DNA of 64,000 nucleotides from Parachlamydiales bacterium (lineage in GTDB: Bacteria; Chlamydiota; Chlamydiia; Chlamydiales; Rhabdochlamydiaceae), in the NCBI GenBank assembly GCA_020053915.1, contig JAGVMG010000043.1, forward strand, positions 7,184 to 71,183. The letters run 5' to 3'. Under the pieces are notes generated by a model, which was not told where the DNA came from, ran no database searches, and saw only the letters and a list, made by a program, of their open reading frames with translations. A program made the translations under genes and the position numbers. Positions 34,715 through 42,676 of the stretch are shown here, one piece after another (within the stretch, counting starts at the first letter, position 1; the number at the start of each line of letters is the position of its first letter).

Positions 34715-35308
34715 TTAAACCACACCGGCTAGATGAAGAGCTTTGTAGTGCTTAGGACGGCATTGAATAAGATAGGCGGTAAGTTTCGCACAAGGTTTTT
34801 TTGAAGTGTCAATTTGAAGTTTCTTCAACAATTCATTAATCTGCAATTCAGCTTTAGGAATTTCATCTTCGTTTTCGACCAGGCATTCAATTTCGGCAAT
34901 TTGATAGGTGAAATCTCCAAAATCTGCAACGTCAACGTCAATAGTAAACTCTTGCAGTTGATATTTTTCTCGATGTGTCACAAACGTAGCAAAGGGACCA
35001 ATACCGGCCTGGCTGAGAGAGGATGTAAAATCTCCCATGTCGTTAATTCCTAGTACTTCCAAAATGGCTTCAAGATTAGTAATTTCTTCATAACGGTCGA
35101 TTGTTAGGTCAGCTCTTTTGATCGCTTTTTTTAATTCGAAAGTGCGTCGCTCGCGTTCTCTTAGCCAAATGTTCTGTGTCGTATAACGATAGTCAGAAGT
35201 GTCGAAGTAGGTGTCTTCAATTGTTTTTTTACTGACAAAACTCCCATGTCGAGCCAGATAATTTAAAAATTCTGGGCCTACTTCAATTTTTCTCTCGACT
35301 TCGATCAT
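34715..35308 (-). CDS. CYTH-domain protein (triphosphate tunnel metalloenzyme)
   Basis: N-terminal MIEVERKIEV (ExExK signature). 197 aa. Confidence 0.8.
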   Translation of the reverse strand: MIEVERKIEVGPEFLNYLARHGSFVSKKTIEDTYFDTSDYRYTTQNIWLRERERRTFELKKAIKRADLTIDRYEEITNLEAILEVLGINDMGDFTSSLSQAGIGPFATFVTHREKYQLQEFTIDVDVADFGDFTYQIAEIECLVENEDEIPKAELQINELLKKLQIDTSKKPCAKLTAYLIQCRPKHYKALHLAGVV

Positions 35309-35393
35309 CGAACGCCCCGTTCTATAGTAAACTTATAGACTTTTTTTGGTTGACATAGTACAACAGTTCTCCTTTAAACGCGAGGATGTCTGT

Positions 35394-35696
35394 ATGGTTC
35401 AAACAAATGGATCAATCTCATTGCATTTCCCTTCGCATGAAGTGATGTTTTCCTTTTTGCATAGCCATCCTGCATTGGTTACAGAGGCTAATCTTAAGGA
35501 AAAGGGAGTTCTCGCAAAAACGGCTCAAGTCTTTGAAAATACAACAAAAACACCTACAGAAATCAAGTGGGAACTTATCTCAATTCTGCAGAACATAGGA
35601 TTGGTGCGTCCAGGTGCACTTCCTAGTTTGATGAATCTTTCGGCGGCAGTTGAAGACTGCGCACTAGAAAAAGTATTAGCATCTTCTGAAGCTTAA
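35394..35696 (+). CDS. hypothetical protein
   Basis: Short ORF with ATG 35394 preferred. Its TAA stop overlaps the TAA stop of the convergent regulator (TTAA at 35693-35696). Confidence 0.35.
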   Translation: MVQTNGSISLHFPSHEVMFSFLHSHPALVTEANLKEKGVLAKTAQVFENTTKTPTEIKWELISILQNIGLVRPGALPSLMNLSAAVEDCALEKVLASSEA

Positions 35697-37054
35697 AGCG
35701 AAGCCGAATACAGGTTCAGCTTATTGCGCAAGGTTCGGATGCTGATGCCTAGGGTATGCGCTGCTCTCGTGCGGTTGTTGTTGTGTGAGGCGAGTGTTTG
35801 GAGGATGAGCCTCTTTTCCATCTCAGCAAGGGTGATTCCGACGGAGTACGGAGTTTCTAATGGAGCTACGGGAGAGGGCTTCGAGAGATCGAGGCCGATA
35901 TGATCGGGATGGATCGTATCTGAGGGGGTCATCACAATTGTGCGCTCGATCACATTGGCAAGTTCGCGGATATTGCCTGGCCAATGATAGGCGAGGAGTT
36001 TTTGGCGCGCATGGGCGGAGAGCTGTTTGCGGGTCTTGTGGTTCTCTAAACACATCCGTTCGAGAAAGTATTCGGCAAGGGGCAAGATGTCTTCTGGACG
36101 CTCCCGTAAAGGAGGCAGATGGATAGGAACGACGTTGAGGCGGTAATAGAGGTCTTCGCGAAAGAGTTTTTGTTCAACTGTGTCTTTCATGCAGCGATTG
36201 GATGTGGAGATCAAGCGGACATCGACGCATAAGGGGCGGACTCCGCCAACCCGCTCAAATTCCATCTCTTGCACTGCGCGCAACAGTTTAGGCTGTAATT
36301 CCAGAGGAATTTCAGAAATCTCATCGAGGAGGAGCGTTCCCTTGTCTGCGAGCTCAAATCTGCCGAGACGTTTATGGATGGCGCCCGTAAAAGCCCCTTT
36401 TTCATGGCCAAAGAACTCAGATTCGAGAAGGGGAGCTGGGATCGCAGCGCAGTTGACTTTGATGAACGGCTGATGAGAGCGTTGAGATTGGAAATGGATC
36501 GCATGGGCGATCACTTCCTTTCCTGTGCCCGATTCTCCGCTGATGAAGACGCTGGCATTGCTTTGTGCGATCTTCTCAACGTCGCATAAGATCTTTTTCA
36601 TTAAGTCGCTTTCCGCAATCAGTTGCTCTTTAATTCCATGATGTGTCGAGATCTCCTGGCGCAAGAAGTGGTTCTCTTCGAGAAGAGAGGCATGCTCTTG
36701 GGCTTTTTCAATCATCGCTTCGAGAGTTTCTTGAGAAAAGGGCTTGATGAGGTAATTGAAGGCTCCCAAACGCATCGCCTCGACGGCAATCTCGACGTTG
36801 TTGTAGGAGGTGGTGAGGATGACGATGATCTCGGGATGAATCTGTTTGGCGTATTTGAGTACGTCTACCCCGGAGAGATCTGAGGTCTTTGTATCTGTGA
36901 GGATGAGATCGAACGCTTGTTCGCGGAGCATCTCAAGAGCGCTACCGCCGCTTTCTGCTAAAGACACCTCAATTTTTTTCGCTTTGAGCCCATTTACAAG
37001 TGCGCTGCGGAGGATAGGATCATTTTCAATGACGAGGGCTTTTTCCAAGGCCAT
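35693..37054 (-). CDS. sigma-54-dependent response regulator, NtrC family (chlamydial CtcC/AtoC-like)
   Basis: Receiver domain (DLILTD), AAA+ domain with GESGTGKE and GAFTGA, and a C-terminal Fis-type HTH (RTRAAHTLGISIRTLRNKL). Confidence 0.9.
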   Translation of the reverse strand: MALEKALVIENDPILRSALVNGLKAKKIEVSLAESGGSALEMLREQAFDLILTDTKTSDLSGVDVLKYAKQIHPEIIVILTTSYNNVEIAVEAMRLGAFNYLIKPFSQETLEAMIEKAQEHASLLEENHFLRQEISTHHGIKEQLIAESDLMKKILCDVEKIAQSNASVFISGESGTGKEVIAHAIHFQSQRSHQPFIKVNCAAIPAPLLESEFFGHEKGAFTGAIHKRLGRFELADKGTLLLDEISEIPLELQPKLLRAVQEMEFERVGGVRPLCVDVRLISTSNRCMKDTVEQKLFREDLYYRLNVVPIHLPPLRERPEDILPLAEYFLERMCLENHKTRKQLSAHARQKLLAYHWPGNIRELANVIERTIVMTPSDTIHPDHIGLDLSKPSPVAPLETPYSVGITLAEMEKRLILQTLASHNNNRTRAAHTLGISIRTLRNKLNLYSASL

Positions 37055-37181
37055 AAGTATCTTTACCTTTTGTGAGGAAGTGAGTTGACGGCATTGATGT
37101 GCTCCTGTAAAAACAGAAGGAAAAAAGGAACAGTGTGCATAATCTCTTTTTGTTATGGTCTCTTAAGGCGGATTATAGGAA

Positions 37182-38042
37182 ATGGCGAGTTTAACGAAAG
37201 TTTTTAAATCATTCTTTCTCTTTCTTTTGGTAAGTGCTTTTGTTTTAGGGTGTTCCGGATTGGAGCAGTCGGAGCAAGAGAAGCTGCGCCGAATGAATGC
37301 TAAGGGGGAGTTTGTGTTGCGCACCCAAGATGAGAGTGCGTACGCCCTTACAACGCCCGCTCAGCGCGTGCGGGAGAGGTACCCTTGGGAGACCGTTTAT
37401 TCAGGGCAATTCCCTAAGATCTCCAAAGAGTTTTTCCGCTGCCGCGGCAGCAGTGTCAATCCACCCCATGCTGACCATAAAGACCCGACAAGACCGGTTA
37501 ACTATTTTGATTGCGGCGGGTTTCAGAAACACAGCCTTCCGATGAAAGGGGATAAGGAATTTGTTTATCCGATCCTCATCGATCTTTTGAACTACATTCA
37601 GGAAAAAACGCGCGCCAAGGTTGTTATTACCTGTGGCCATAGATGTCCTGTGCACAATGCTTATGCAGACAGTTCAACATATAATCAGAACTCGAAGCAC
37701 ATGATCGGAGCTGAGGTCGATTTTTACGTTCAGGGCTGGGAGAGTAGATCCGAAGAGGTGATCCAGATCGTGATGCAGTACTATCAAGACAATGCCAGCA
37801 TCTACAGAGACAAGAAATCTCAAGAATTTCTTCGCTTAGAGACGGGCAAGCTCAATGTCTCCACCCCTCCCTGGTATAATAAAGAGATCCTCATCAAGCT
37901 CTACAAGAAAACAGAAGGCAGAGACTTTGATAACCGCCATCCTTACCCCTACATTTCCCTGCAAGTGCGCCACGACAAGGAGATCAATGAGCAGGTGATT
38001 TGCAGCTGGGAAAGGGCATTCCATTGCTTCCGTAGGTACTAA
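37182..38042 (+). CDS. lipoprotein, peptidase M15A / YcbK(DUF882)-like metallopeptidase
   Basis: Lipobox LVSAFVLGCSG. ITCGHRCPVHNAY...SKHMIGAEVDF resembles the zinc-binding H..D motif of M15A. Confidence 0.65.
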   Translation: MASLTKVFKSFFLFLLVSAFVLGCSGLEQSEQEKLRRMNAKGEFVLRTQDESAYALTTPAQRVRERYPWETVYSGQFPKISKEFFRCRGSSVNPPHADHKDPTRPVNYFDCGGFQKHSLPMKGDKEFVYPILIDLLNYIQEKTRAKVVITCGHRCPVHNAYADSSTYNQNSKHMIGAEVDFYVQGWESRSEEVIQIVMQYYQDNASIYRDKKSQEFLRLETGKLNVSTPPWYNKEILIKLYKKTEGRDFDNRHPYPYISLQVRHDKEINEQVICSWERAFHCFRRY

Positions 38043-38098
38043 TTTTTTTGAAGTTGCCTTTTTTTCTTTCGATGGAGTACTCTGTTCTTTCTTTCTGT

Positions 38099-38182
38099 GC
38101 CGATGTGGCGGAATTGGTAGACGCGGTAGATTCAAAATCTTCTTCTAGCAATAGAGTGCTGGTTCGAGTCCAGTCTTCGGCA
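38099..38182 (+). tRNA. tRNA-Leu (anticodon CAA)
   Basis: Hand fold. GCCGATG...CTTCGGC acceptor, D arm GGCGGAATTGGTAGACGCG, loop TTCAAAA, long variable arm, T arm GCTGG-TTCGAGT-CCAGT. There are U-U mismatches at acceptor pair 6:67 and in the anticodon stem. Confidence 0.85.
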
Positions 38183-38189
38183 TCCTTAA

Positions 38190-38226
38190 CCGAATGGTTC
38201 GCAAGAGCTATTCGGTTGTTTTTTTT
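38190..38226 (+). terminator. intrinsic terminator after tRNA-Leu (repeat copy 1)
   Basis: CCGAATGGTT-cgcaag-AGCTATTCGG followed by TTGTTTTTTTT. 27 nt (38191-38217) are identical to copy 2. Confidence 0.7.
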
Positions 38227-38239
38227 GGAGGGGCAGCCT

Positions 38240-38839
38240 ATGAAGCTAAACGAATTAGAAGTAAAGATCTCCATTTGCTCTGATGAGCATTTTAAGAAAG
38301 TACATGACATCTGCAATCAATTGTTTGGCCCGCCGTCTTTTCATCTCTTGCAGCTCGATGAATACTTTGATACTCCAGATGGGCAGCTAAAGAAGCAAGA
38401 TCTCGTTATACGTCTGCGTTCTTGTGGCGAAAAGAAAGCCATCGCTCTTAAAAGCCCTAGAGTAAAATTGCCTAGCGGCATGACGAATAGAATTGAGCTT
38501 GAATTTTTGTCTGCTGATGGAGAAAAAGTTCGCGAGCAATTACTGAGTCAGGGGTTAAATGCCAACGAAGTTGCCGAGAAAGAACGGTGGACATTCGGTT
38601 ACAAAGATTGCGAGATTGCACTTGATAAGCTTCCCTTTATTGGCTGTTTTGTTGAAATTGAAGGGCCATCAGAGGCAGCAATTCATGAAATTGTTGCTTT
38701 GCTAGAGATAACCTCTTGCACCGTTGTTCGTCAAAACTACGGTGAGCTGATCAGAGAAAAATTTCGTGATCTCCAGTTGCCATCAGCTAATATATGTGCA
38801 ACTTTTGCGAAGGAAAACGAACTGAAGCATTTATACTGA
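38240..38839 (+). CDS. CYTH-domain protein (class IV adenylate cyclase / triphosphatase-like)
   Basis: Start ATG 38240 after GGAGG. N-terminal MKLNELEVKI (ExExK). The tracked ORF's upstream extension runs across the tRNA and is rejected. Confidence 0.8.
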   Translation: MKLNELEVKISICSDEHFKKVHDICNQLFGPPSFHLLQLDEYFDTPDGQLKKQDLVIRLRSCGEKKAIALKSPRVKLPSGMTNRIELEFLSADGEKVREQLLSQGLNANEVAEKERWTFGYKDCEIALDKLPFIGCFVEIEGPSEAAIHEIVALLEITSCTVVRQNYGELIREKFRDLQLPSANICATFAKENELKHLY

Positions 38840-38854
38840 GCTCACACAGCTTGT

Positions 38855-38887
38855 TCGAATGGTTCGCAAGAGCTATTCGGTTTTTTT
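38855..38887 (+). terminator. intrinsic terminator after the CYTH gene (repeat copy 2)
   Basis: TCGAATGGTT-cgcaag-AGCTATTCGG followed by TTTTTTT. 38856-38882 is identical to 38191-38217. Confidence 0.7.
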
Positions 38888-38916
38888 AACTCATCCATTT
38901 ACCTTATGCTGGGAAT

Positions 38917-39255
38917 ATGACCATCCATAAAATTCATTGTGAAGACCCCTGGTTTTCGTATATTCGTCAAGGTGTCAAACCGGTCGAAGGTCGAAAAAAA
39001 ACACATTCCTATAGAAAAATTAAAGTGGGCGACCAAATCAATTTCATCAATGGAGATGAGAGTTTTTTTGCAAATGTCACGGAGATTCGAGAGTACCCGA
39101 CGCTTGAGCAGTATTTTGAAGATGTCTCCCTGGAGAAGGCTTTGCCTGGAATTACAACTCTTGAAGAGGGCTTGAAGATCTATGCCGAGTGGAGTACGGA
39201 AGCGCAAATCAGGCAGTACGGTTTTCTGGGAATATTTGTGGAGCCTATTTCATGA
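38917..39255 (+). CDS. ASCH-domain protein
   Basis: 112 aa. MTIHKIHCEDPWFSYIRQGVKPVEGRKK...KVGDQINF fits the ASCH beta-barrel pattern. Confidence 0.7.
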   Translation: MTIHKIHCEDPWFSYIRQGVKPVEGRKKTHSYRKIKVGDQINFINGDESFFANVTEIREYPTLEQYFEDVSLEKALPGITTLEEGLKIYAEWSTEAQIRQYGFLGIFVEPIS

Positions 39256-39620
39256 TCCTCTATCTCTATAGCAAATGCTCGACTTGTCAAACGGCACTTC
39301 AATTCTTAAAAAAATGCGATGTTGACATTGCGGTTAAAGAGATTGTCCAAGAGCCTCCGACCGTTGCTGAACTGCAACAGATGTTACAATTCCAAAAAGG
39401 GAATCTCAAAAAACTGCTCAATACCTCAGGATTGCTTTATCGAGAGATGCAGCTCTCTCTCAAGCTAAAGGACATGTCTGTAGAAGAAGTGCTTGTCTTA
39501 CTGAGCCAACACGGCATGCTCGTGAAGCGTCCTTTCTTGATAGCCGATCATTTCGGACTGACAGGTTTTAACGAAGCGGAGTGGGCGCAATTCTTAGTCA
39601 AGTCTGCACTCGTGGACTAA
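39252..39620 (+). CDS. ArsC/Spx/YffB family protein
   Basis: Start ATG 39252 (ATGA overlap). MILYLYSKCSTCQTALQFLKK and later MLVKRPFL. Confidence 0.8.
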   Translation: MILYLYSKCSTCQTALQFLKKCDVDIAVKEIVQEPPTVAELQQMLQFQKGNLKKLLNTSGLLYREMQLSLKLKDMSVEEVLVLLSQHGMLVKRPFLIADHFGLTGFNEAEWAQFLVKSALVD

Positions 39621-39667
39621 AAATTTAATTCCTGTTAGCTTCGTGAACTTTACTTAAGGAGTTGACG

Positions 39668-40303
39668 ATGGCAATAACACAAGCAAAAAAATGGGCTGCA
39701 GTTTGGGTCCTAACGCTCGCTCTGATCCATGAGGGATCTGCTTTAGCAGGGGAGAGAAACGGTGGGCCTATTCTTTTAGATATCCAATCTGTGATTCCTC
39801 AGGTCCAAGTGGATCTGAAATATGCGACCACCGATAACTTCACGGGACAGATTGTCTATGATTTTGGTCAGTGCTTACTTATTGAAGAGGTGGCAGAGGC
39901 GCTCACTCATGTGCAAGCTGAGCTTGAGGCGATGGGTCTTGGATTGAAAATTTGGGATGGATTTCGTCCTGTAGCGGCTCAGTGGAAATTTTGGGAGCTA
40001 GTTCCCGATGAGCGCTATGTCAGCGATCCGAGGAAGGGTGGGCGGCATACACGGGGCACTGCCGTCGATTTAACGTTGATCACAACAGACGGAACAGAAT
40101 TACCGATGCCGTCTTTGTTTGATGATTTTAGCGAAAAAGCGCATCGGAATTATGTGGATGCTTCAGACGAAGAGATCCACAATCGCGAGCTATTGCAAGC
40201 GGTCATGGAAAAGCACGGATTTGTAGGACTTCCCACAGAATGGTGGCATTTCGATCTCATCGGCTGGGAAAATTATCCGCCGATTGGGCTTAGCACTCAA
40301 TGA
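39668..40303 (+). CDS. ddpX: D-alanyl-D-alanine dipeptidase (VanX/DdpX, peptidase M15D) with signal peptide
   Basis: IWDGFRP, GGRHTRGTAVDLTL, EWWHFD. N-terminal hydrophobic signal sequence. Confidence 0.85.
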   Translation: MAITQAKKWAAVWVLTLALIHEGSALAGERNGGPILLDIQSVIPQVQVDLKYATTDNFTGQIVYDFGQCLLIEEVAEALTHVQAELEAMGLGLKIWDGFRPVAAQWKFWELVPDERYVSDPRKGGRHTRGTAVDLTLITTDGTELPMPSLFDDFSEKAHRNYVDASDEEIHNRELLQAVMEKHGFVGLPTEWWHFDLIGWENYPPIGLSTQ

Positions 40304-40310
40304 AGTATTT

Positions 40311-40336
40311 TGCCCAAGCATTTGCTTGGGCATTTT
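40311..40336. terminator. intrinsic terminator between convergent genes
   Basis: TGCCCAAGC-attt-GCTTGGGCA followed by TTTT. Confidence 0.65.
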
Positions 40337-40340
40337 AATT

Positions 40341-41387
40341 TTAAGGCCCTGAAGCTTTGACCGCGCGGAAGATCGCCATTTCATCGGAGTTGATGTGCAG
40401 TGTCATGACGTAGGTGGAGCCTGAGTCGATCTGGACCACCCAATGGGCGCTTGCTTGATTGGCGTGTGCGTTGAAATTTGAGTTGGGCACAGCATCGAAG
40501 CTATTGTAGCGGTAGAGATTATAGATGACGCCAGGTTCGAGGTCCGTCATGGTGAGTGTCAGCGTGAGGGGGATAGGGGATGGCCGTGTGTTCGATCCGT
40601 CTTGGATATCGGGACGCTCAAAGTTGGGATTAGTTTCCAAGCGAACGCGGACTGTTTCGTTATTTAGATCGAGAACGCCGCGGATGGCGATCCCGTAATT
40701 GTGTCCTTCAACGGGAAGGGAATAAACAGGGCCGTGTTTTGTGTTGGCTTGCTGCCGAGTGGCTTGGAATGCGTCGAATTCGTAACTGAATTTGTAATGC
40801 GGATTGCAGGGATCTCCCCAGAGGCCGTTGTCAGAAAAGTAGAGGATGTCATCGCCATCATAGCATGTGTTTGTGAAAGGGAGGTTGGTGCCTATCCCTG
40901 TCACGGGAACGATGTGGTCATAGGTCGGATCTCCGGCATTCGGATGGGAATCGTGATAAAAGCGGTATTGATTCATGTAGATGCCGATCGCAACAGGGAA
41001 GCCGTTAATGAGGTTCTCTTTTACCCATGAGAGAAAATCATCTGTACTCTCATTTTGGAAGGAGGACCATTCGTGTGATTCTAAATGCATTTTAGCCGCT
41101 GCATAGTGGGCGTTCATGCCTAGAAGAAGCTGGCAAGAGTTCTGGTCTTTGCCTTGGCACGCAATCGCGCGTGCGTCGTATTGGGAAATATACTGTCCAA
41201 AATACAGTCCTGCGCTAATGAGGGCGACCTCTCCGCAGTAGCCGGAATTTTCATTCCATTGAAGACGAGGTGGAGTGTGGAGAATGCGGATGTGTTCATT
41301 CGCGACATTGTAGGCATGCATTGCCATGCCTGAGATGGGCATGAAGGCGGTCAATGCGCCAAGGAGAAGAGCGAGGATAGTTAGCAT
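40341..41387 (-). CDS. secreted hypothetical protein, possible papain-like/C39-like cysteine peptidase fold
   Basis: Signal peptide MLTILALLLGALTAF. Candidate Cys in NSGYCGEVALISAGLYF and candidate His in YDHIVPVTG. The assignment is tentative. Confidence 0.6.
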   Translation of the reverse strand: MLTILALLLGALTAFMPISGMAMHAYNVANEHIRILHTPPRLQWNENSGYCGEVALISAGLYFGQYISQYDARAIACQGKDQNSCQLLLGMNAHYAAAKMHLESHEWSSFQNESTDDFLSWVKENLINGFPVAIGIYMNQYRFYHDSHPNAGDPTYDHIVPVTGIGTNLPFTNTCYDGDDILYFSDNGLWGDPCNPHYKFSYEFDAFQATRQQANTKHGPVYSLPVEGHNYGIAIRGVLDLNNETVRVRLETNPNFERPDIQDGSNTRPSPIPLTLTLTMTDLEPGVIYNLYRYNSFDAVPNSNFNAHANQASAHWVVQIDSGSTYVMTLHINSDEMAIFRAVKASGP

Positions 41388-41510
41388 AAAGAACCTCCTG
41401 AGAAAAAATTTATATCGATATTACTTTACGCAAGGACTGCTAGGCAAGAAGATTGTGCGATAAGATTGTTTCGGATATGGTTTTTTTTCTTCTTTCATTG
41501 GAGGTTGAAG

Positions 41511-41999
41511 ATGGGTTACTTAAAGCGATTTGTTCTCTTTGCGCTGTTATGGGTTTGCGCGTTACAAGCAGAAGATGTGGATAAAAAGCAGATCCGCGTT
41601 TATGTCGATGTGGTTGCAGACTTGATGCATCCGGGACATGTCGCATTTTTCAAAAATGCGAAGCAATTTGGCGATTATTTGATTGTCGGCGTGCATAACG
41701 ATGCGGATGTGGATTCTTATAAACGGGTGCCGATTTTAACCCTTGAGGAGAGAGTGGCGCTTGTGAGCTCGTGTCGCTATGTCGATGAGGTCTATGTCGG
41801 GGCTCCGTTACGCATCACAGAAGAGTTTGTCAAAAAGATGGGAATCGATGTGGTTGTTCACGGCGATGATTTTAATCCCGATACGCTTGTCGAGTGGTAT
41901 GGAGTGCCGATTCAGCTGGGGATCTTTAAGACGGTTCCCTACACAAAAGGTGTTTCGACGACCGAAATTATCCAGCGGATTAAAGATAGGTTCAAATAA
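41511..41999 (+). CDS. cytidylyltransferase (CCT/ECT/TagD-like) with N-terminal hydrophobic anchor
   Basis: Start ATG 41511 after GGAGG. VVADLMHPGHVAFF (HxGH motif), VGVHND, and a C-terminal RxSTT-like motif (GVSTTEII). Confidence 0.8.
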   Translation: MGYLKRFVLFALLWVCALQAEDVDKKQIRVYVDVVADLMHPGHVAFFKNAKQFGDYLIVGVHNDADVDSYKRVPILTLEERVALVSSCRYVDEVYVGAPLRITEEFVKKMGIDVVVHGDDFNPDTLVEWYGVPIQLGIFKTVPYTKGVSTTEIIQRIKDRFK

Positions 42000-42676
42000 T
42001 GGTTATTTTTTCTGAATTTGAGGTGTTTTTATTCGACCTCGATGGTCTTTTAGTAGATACAGAGCCGTTGCATTTTGCAGCGTATGTCGAATTGTGCCGC
42101 AATCATGGGTTTGATTTGAATTGGACCTTAAGTGAGTACTGTGTGGCCGCGCATTTCAAATCTCAAGGGATGAAGGATGCGCTATATGCTGCTTTTCCAG
42201 GATTGTTTGCCCAAGAGCCGCGTTGGGAAGTGCTCTATGTGGAAAAGAAAAAGATTTACGAGAGGATGCTTCAGGAAGGTCGTTTACAATTGATGCCTGG
42301 AGCTGAGGCGTTGCTTATGCGATTGCAGGACGAAGGGCGCAAACACTGCGTGGTGACCAATTCGCCGCGTGTGCAGATTGAGATCATTAAGAGCGCACTT
42401 CCTGTGCTTCAAAAGATTCCGTTATGGTTGACGCGTGAGGATTATGAGCTGCCGAAGCCGTCGCCCGATGGGTATTTAAAGGCGATTGAGCGTTTAGATG
42501 GTTGTGCAAGCCGCGTGGTAGGATTTGAAGATTCCATGAAGGGTCTTAAATCGCTACTCAGTGCAGAGACAACGGGTGTGCTTGTGTGTCCGAATGATCA
42601 TCCTCAACTGACCGAATGCGCTCAACTAGGAGCCTTTCATTTCGAATCACTCAGCTCCATAGTGGACATGTACTAA
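41999..42676 (+). CDS. HAD superfamily hydrolase (beta-phosphoglucomutase-like subfamily)
   Basis: FLFDLDGLLVDTE. TAATG overlap with the cytidylyltransferase gene. Confidence 0.8.
   Translation: MVIFSEFEVFLFDLDGLLVDTEPLHFAAYVELCRNHGFDLNWTLSEYCVAAHFKSQGMKDALYAAFPGLFAQEPRWEVLYVEKKKIYERMLQEGRLQLMPGAEALLMRLQDEGRKHCVVTNSPRVQIEIIKSALPVLQKIPLWLTREDYELPKPSPDGYLKAIERLDGCASRVVGFEDSMKGLKSLLSAETTGVLVCPNDHPQLTECAQLGAFHFESLSSIVDMY

Noticed and set aside
38048-38239. N-terminal 64-codon extension of the CYTH ORF (the tracked ORF starts at 38048), and the 110-aa antisense ORF at 37984-38316
   Set aside because: Both read through the tRNA-Leu(CAA) gene and its terminator. The CYTH domain begins at ATG 38240, which has a GGAGG RBS.
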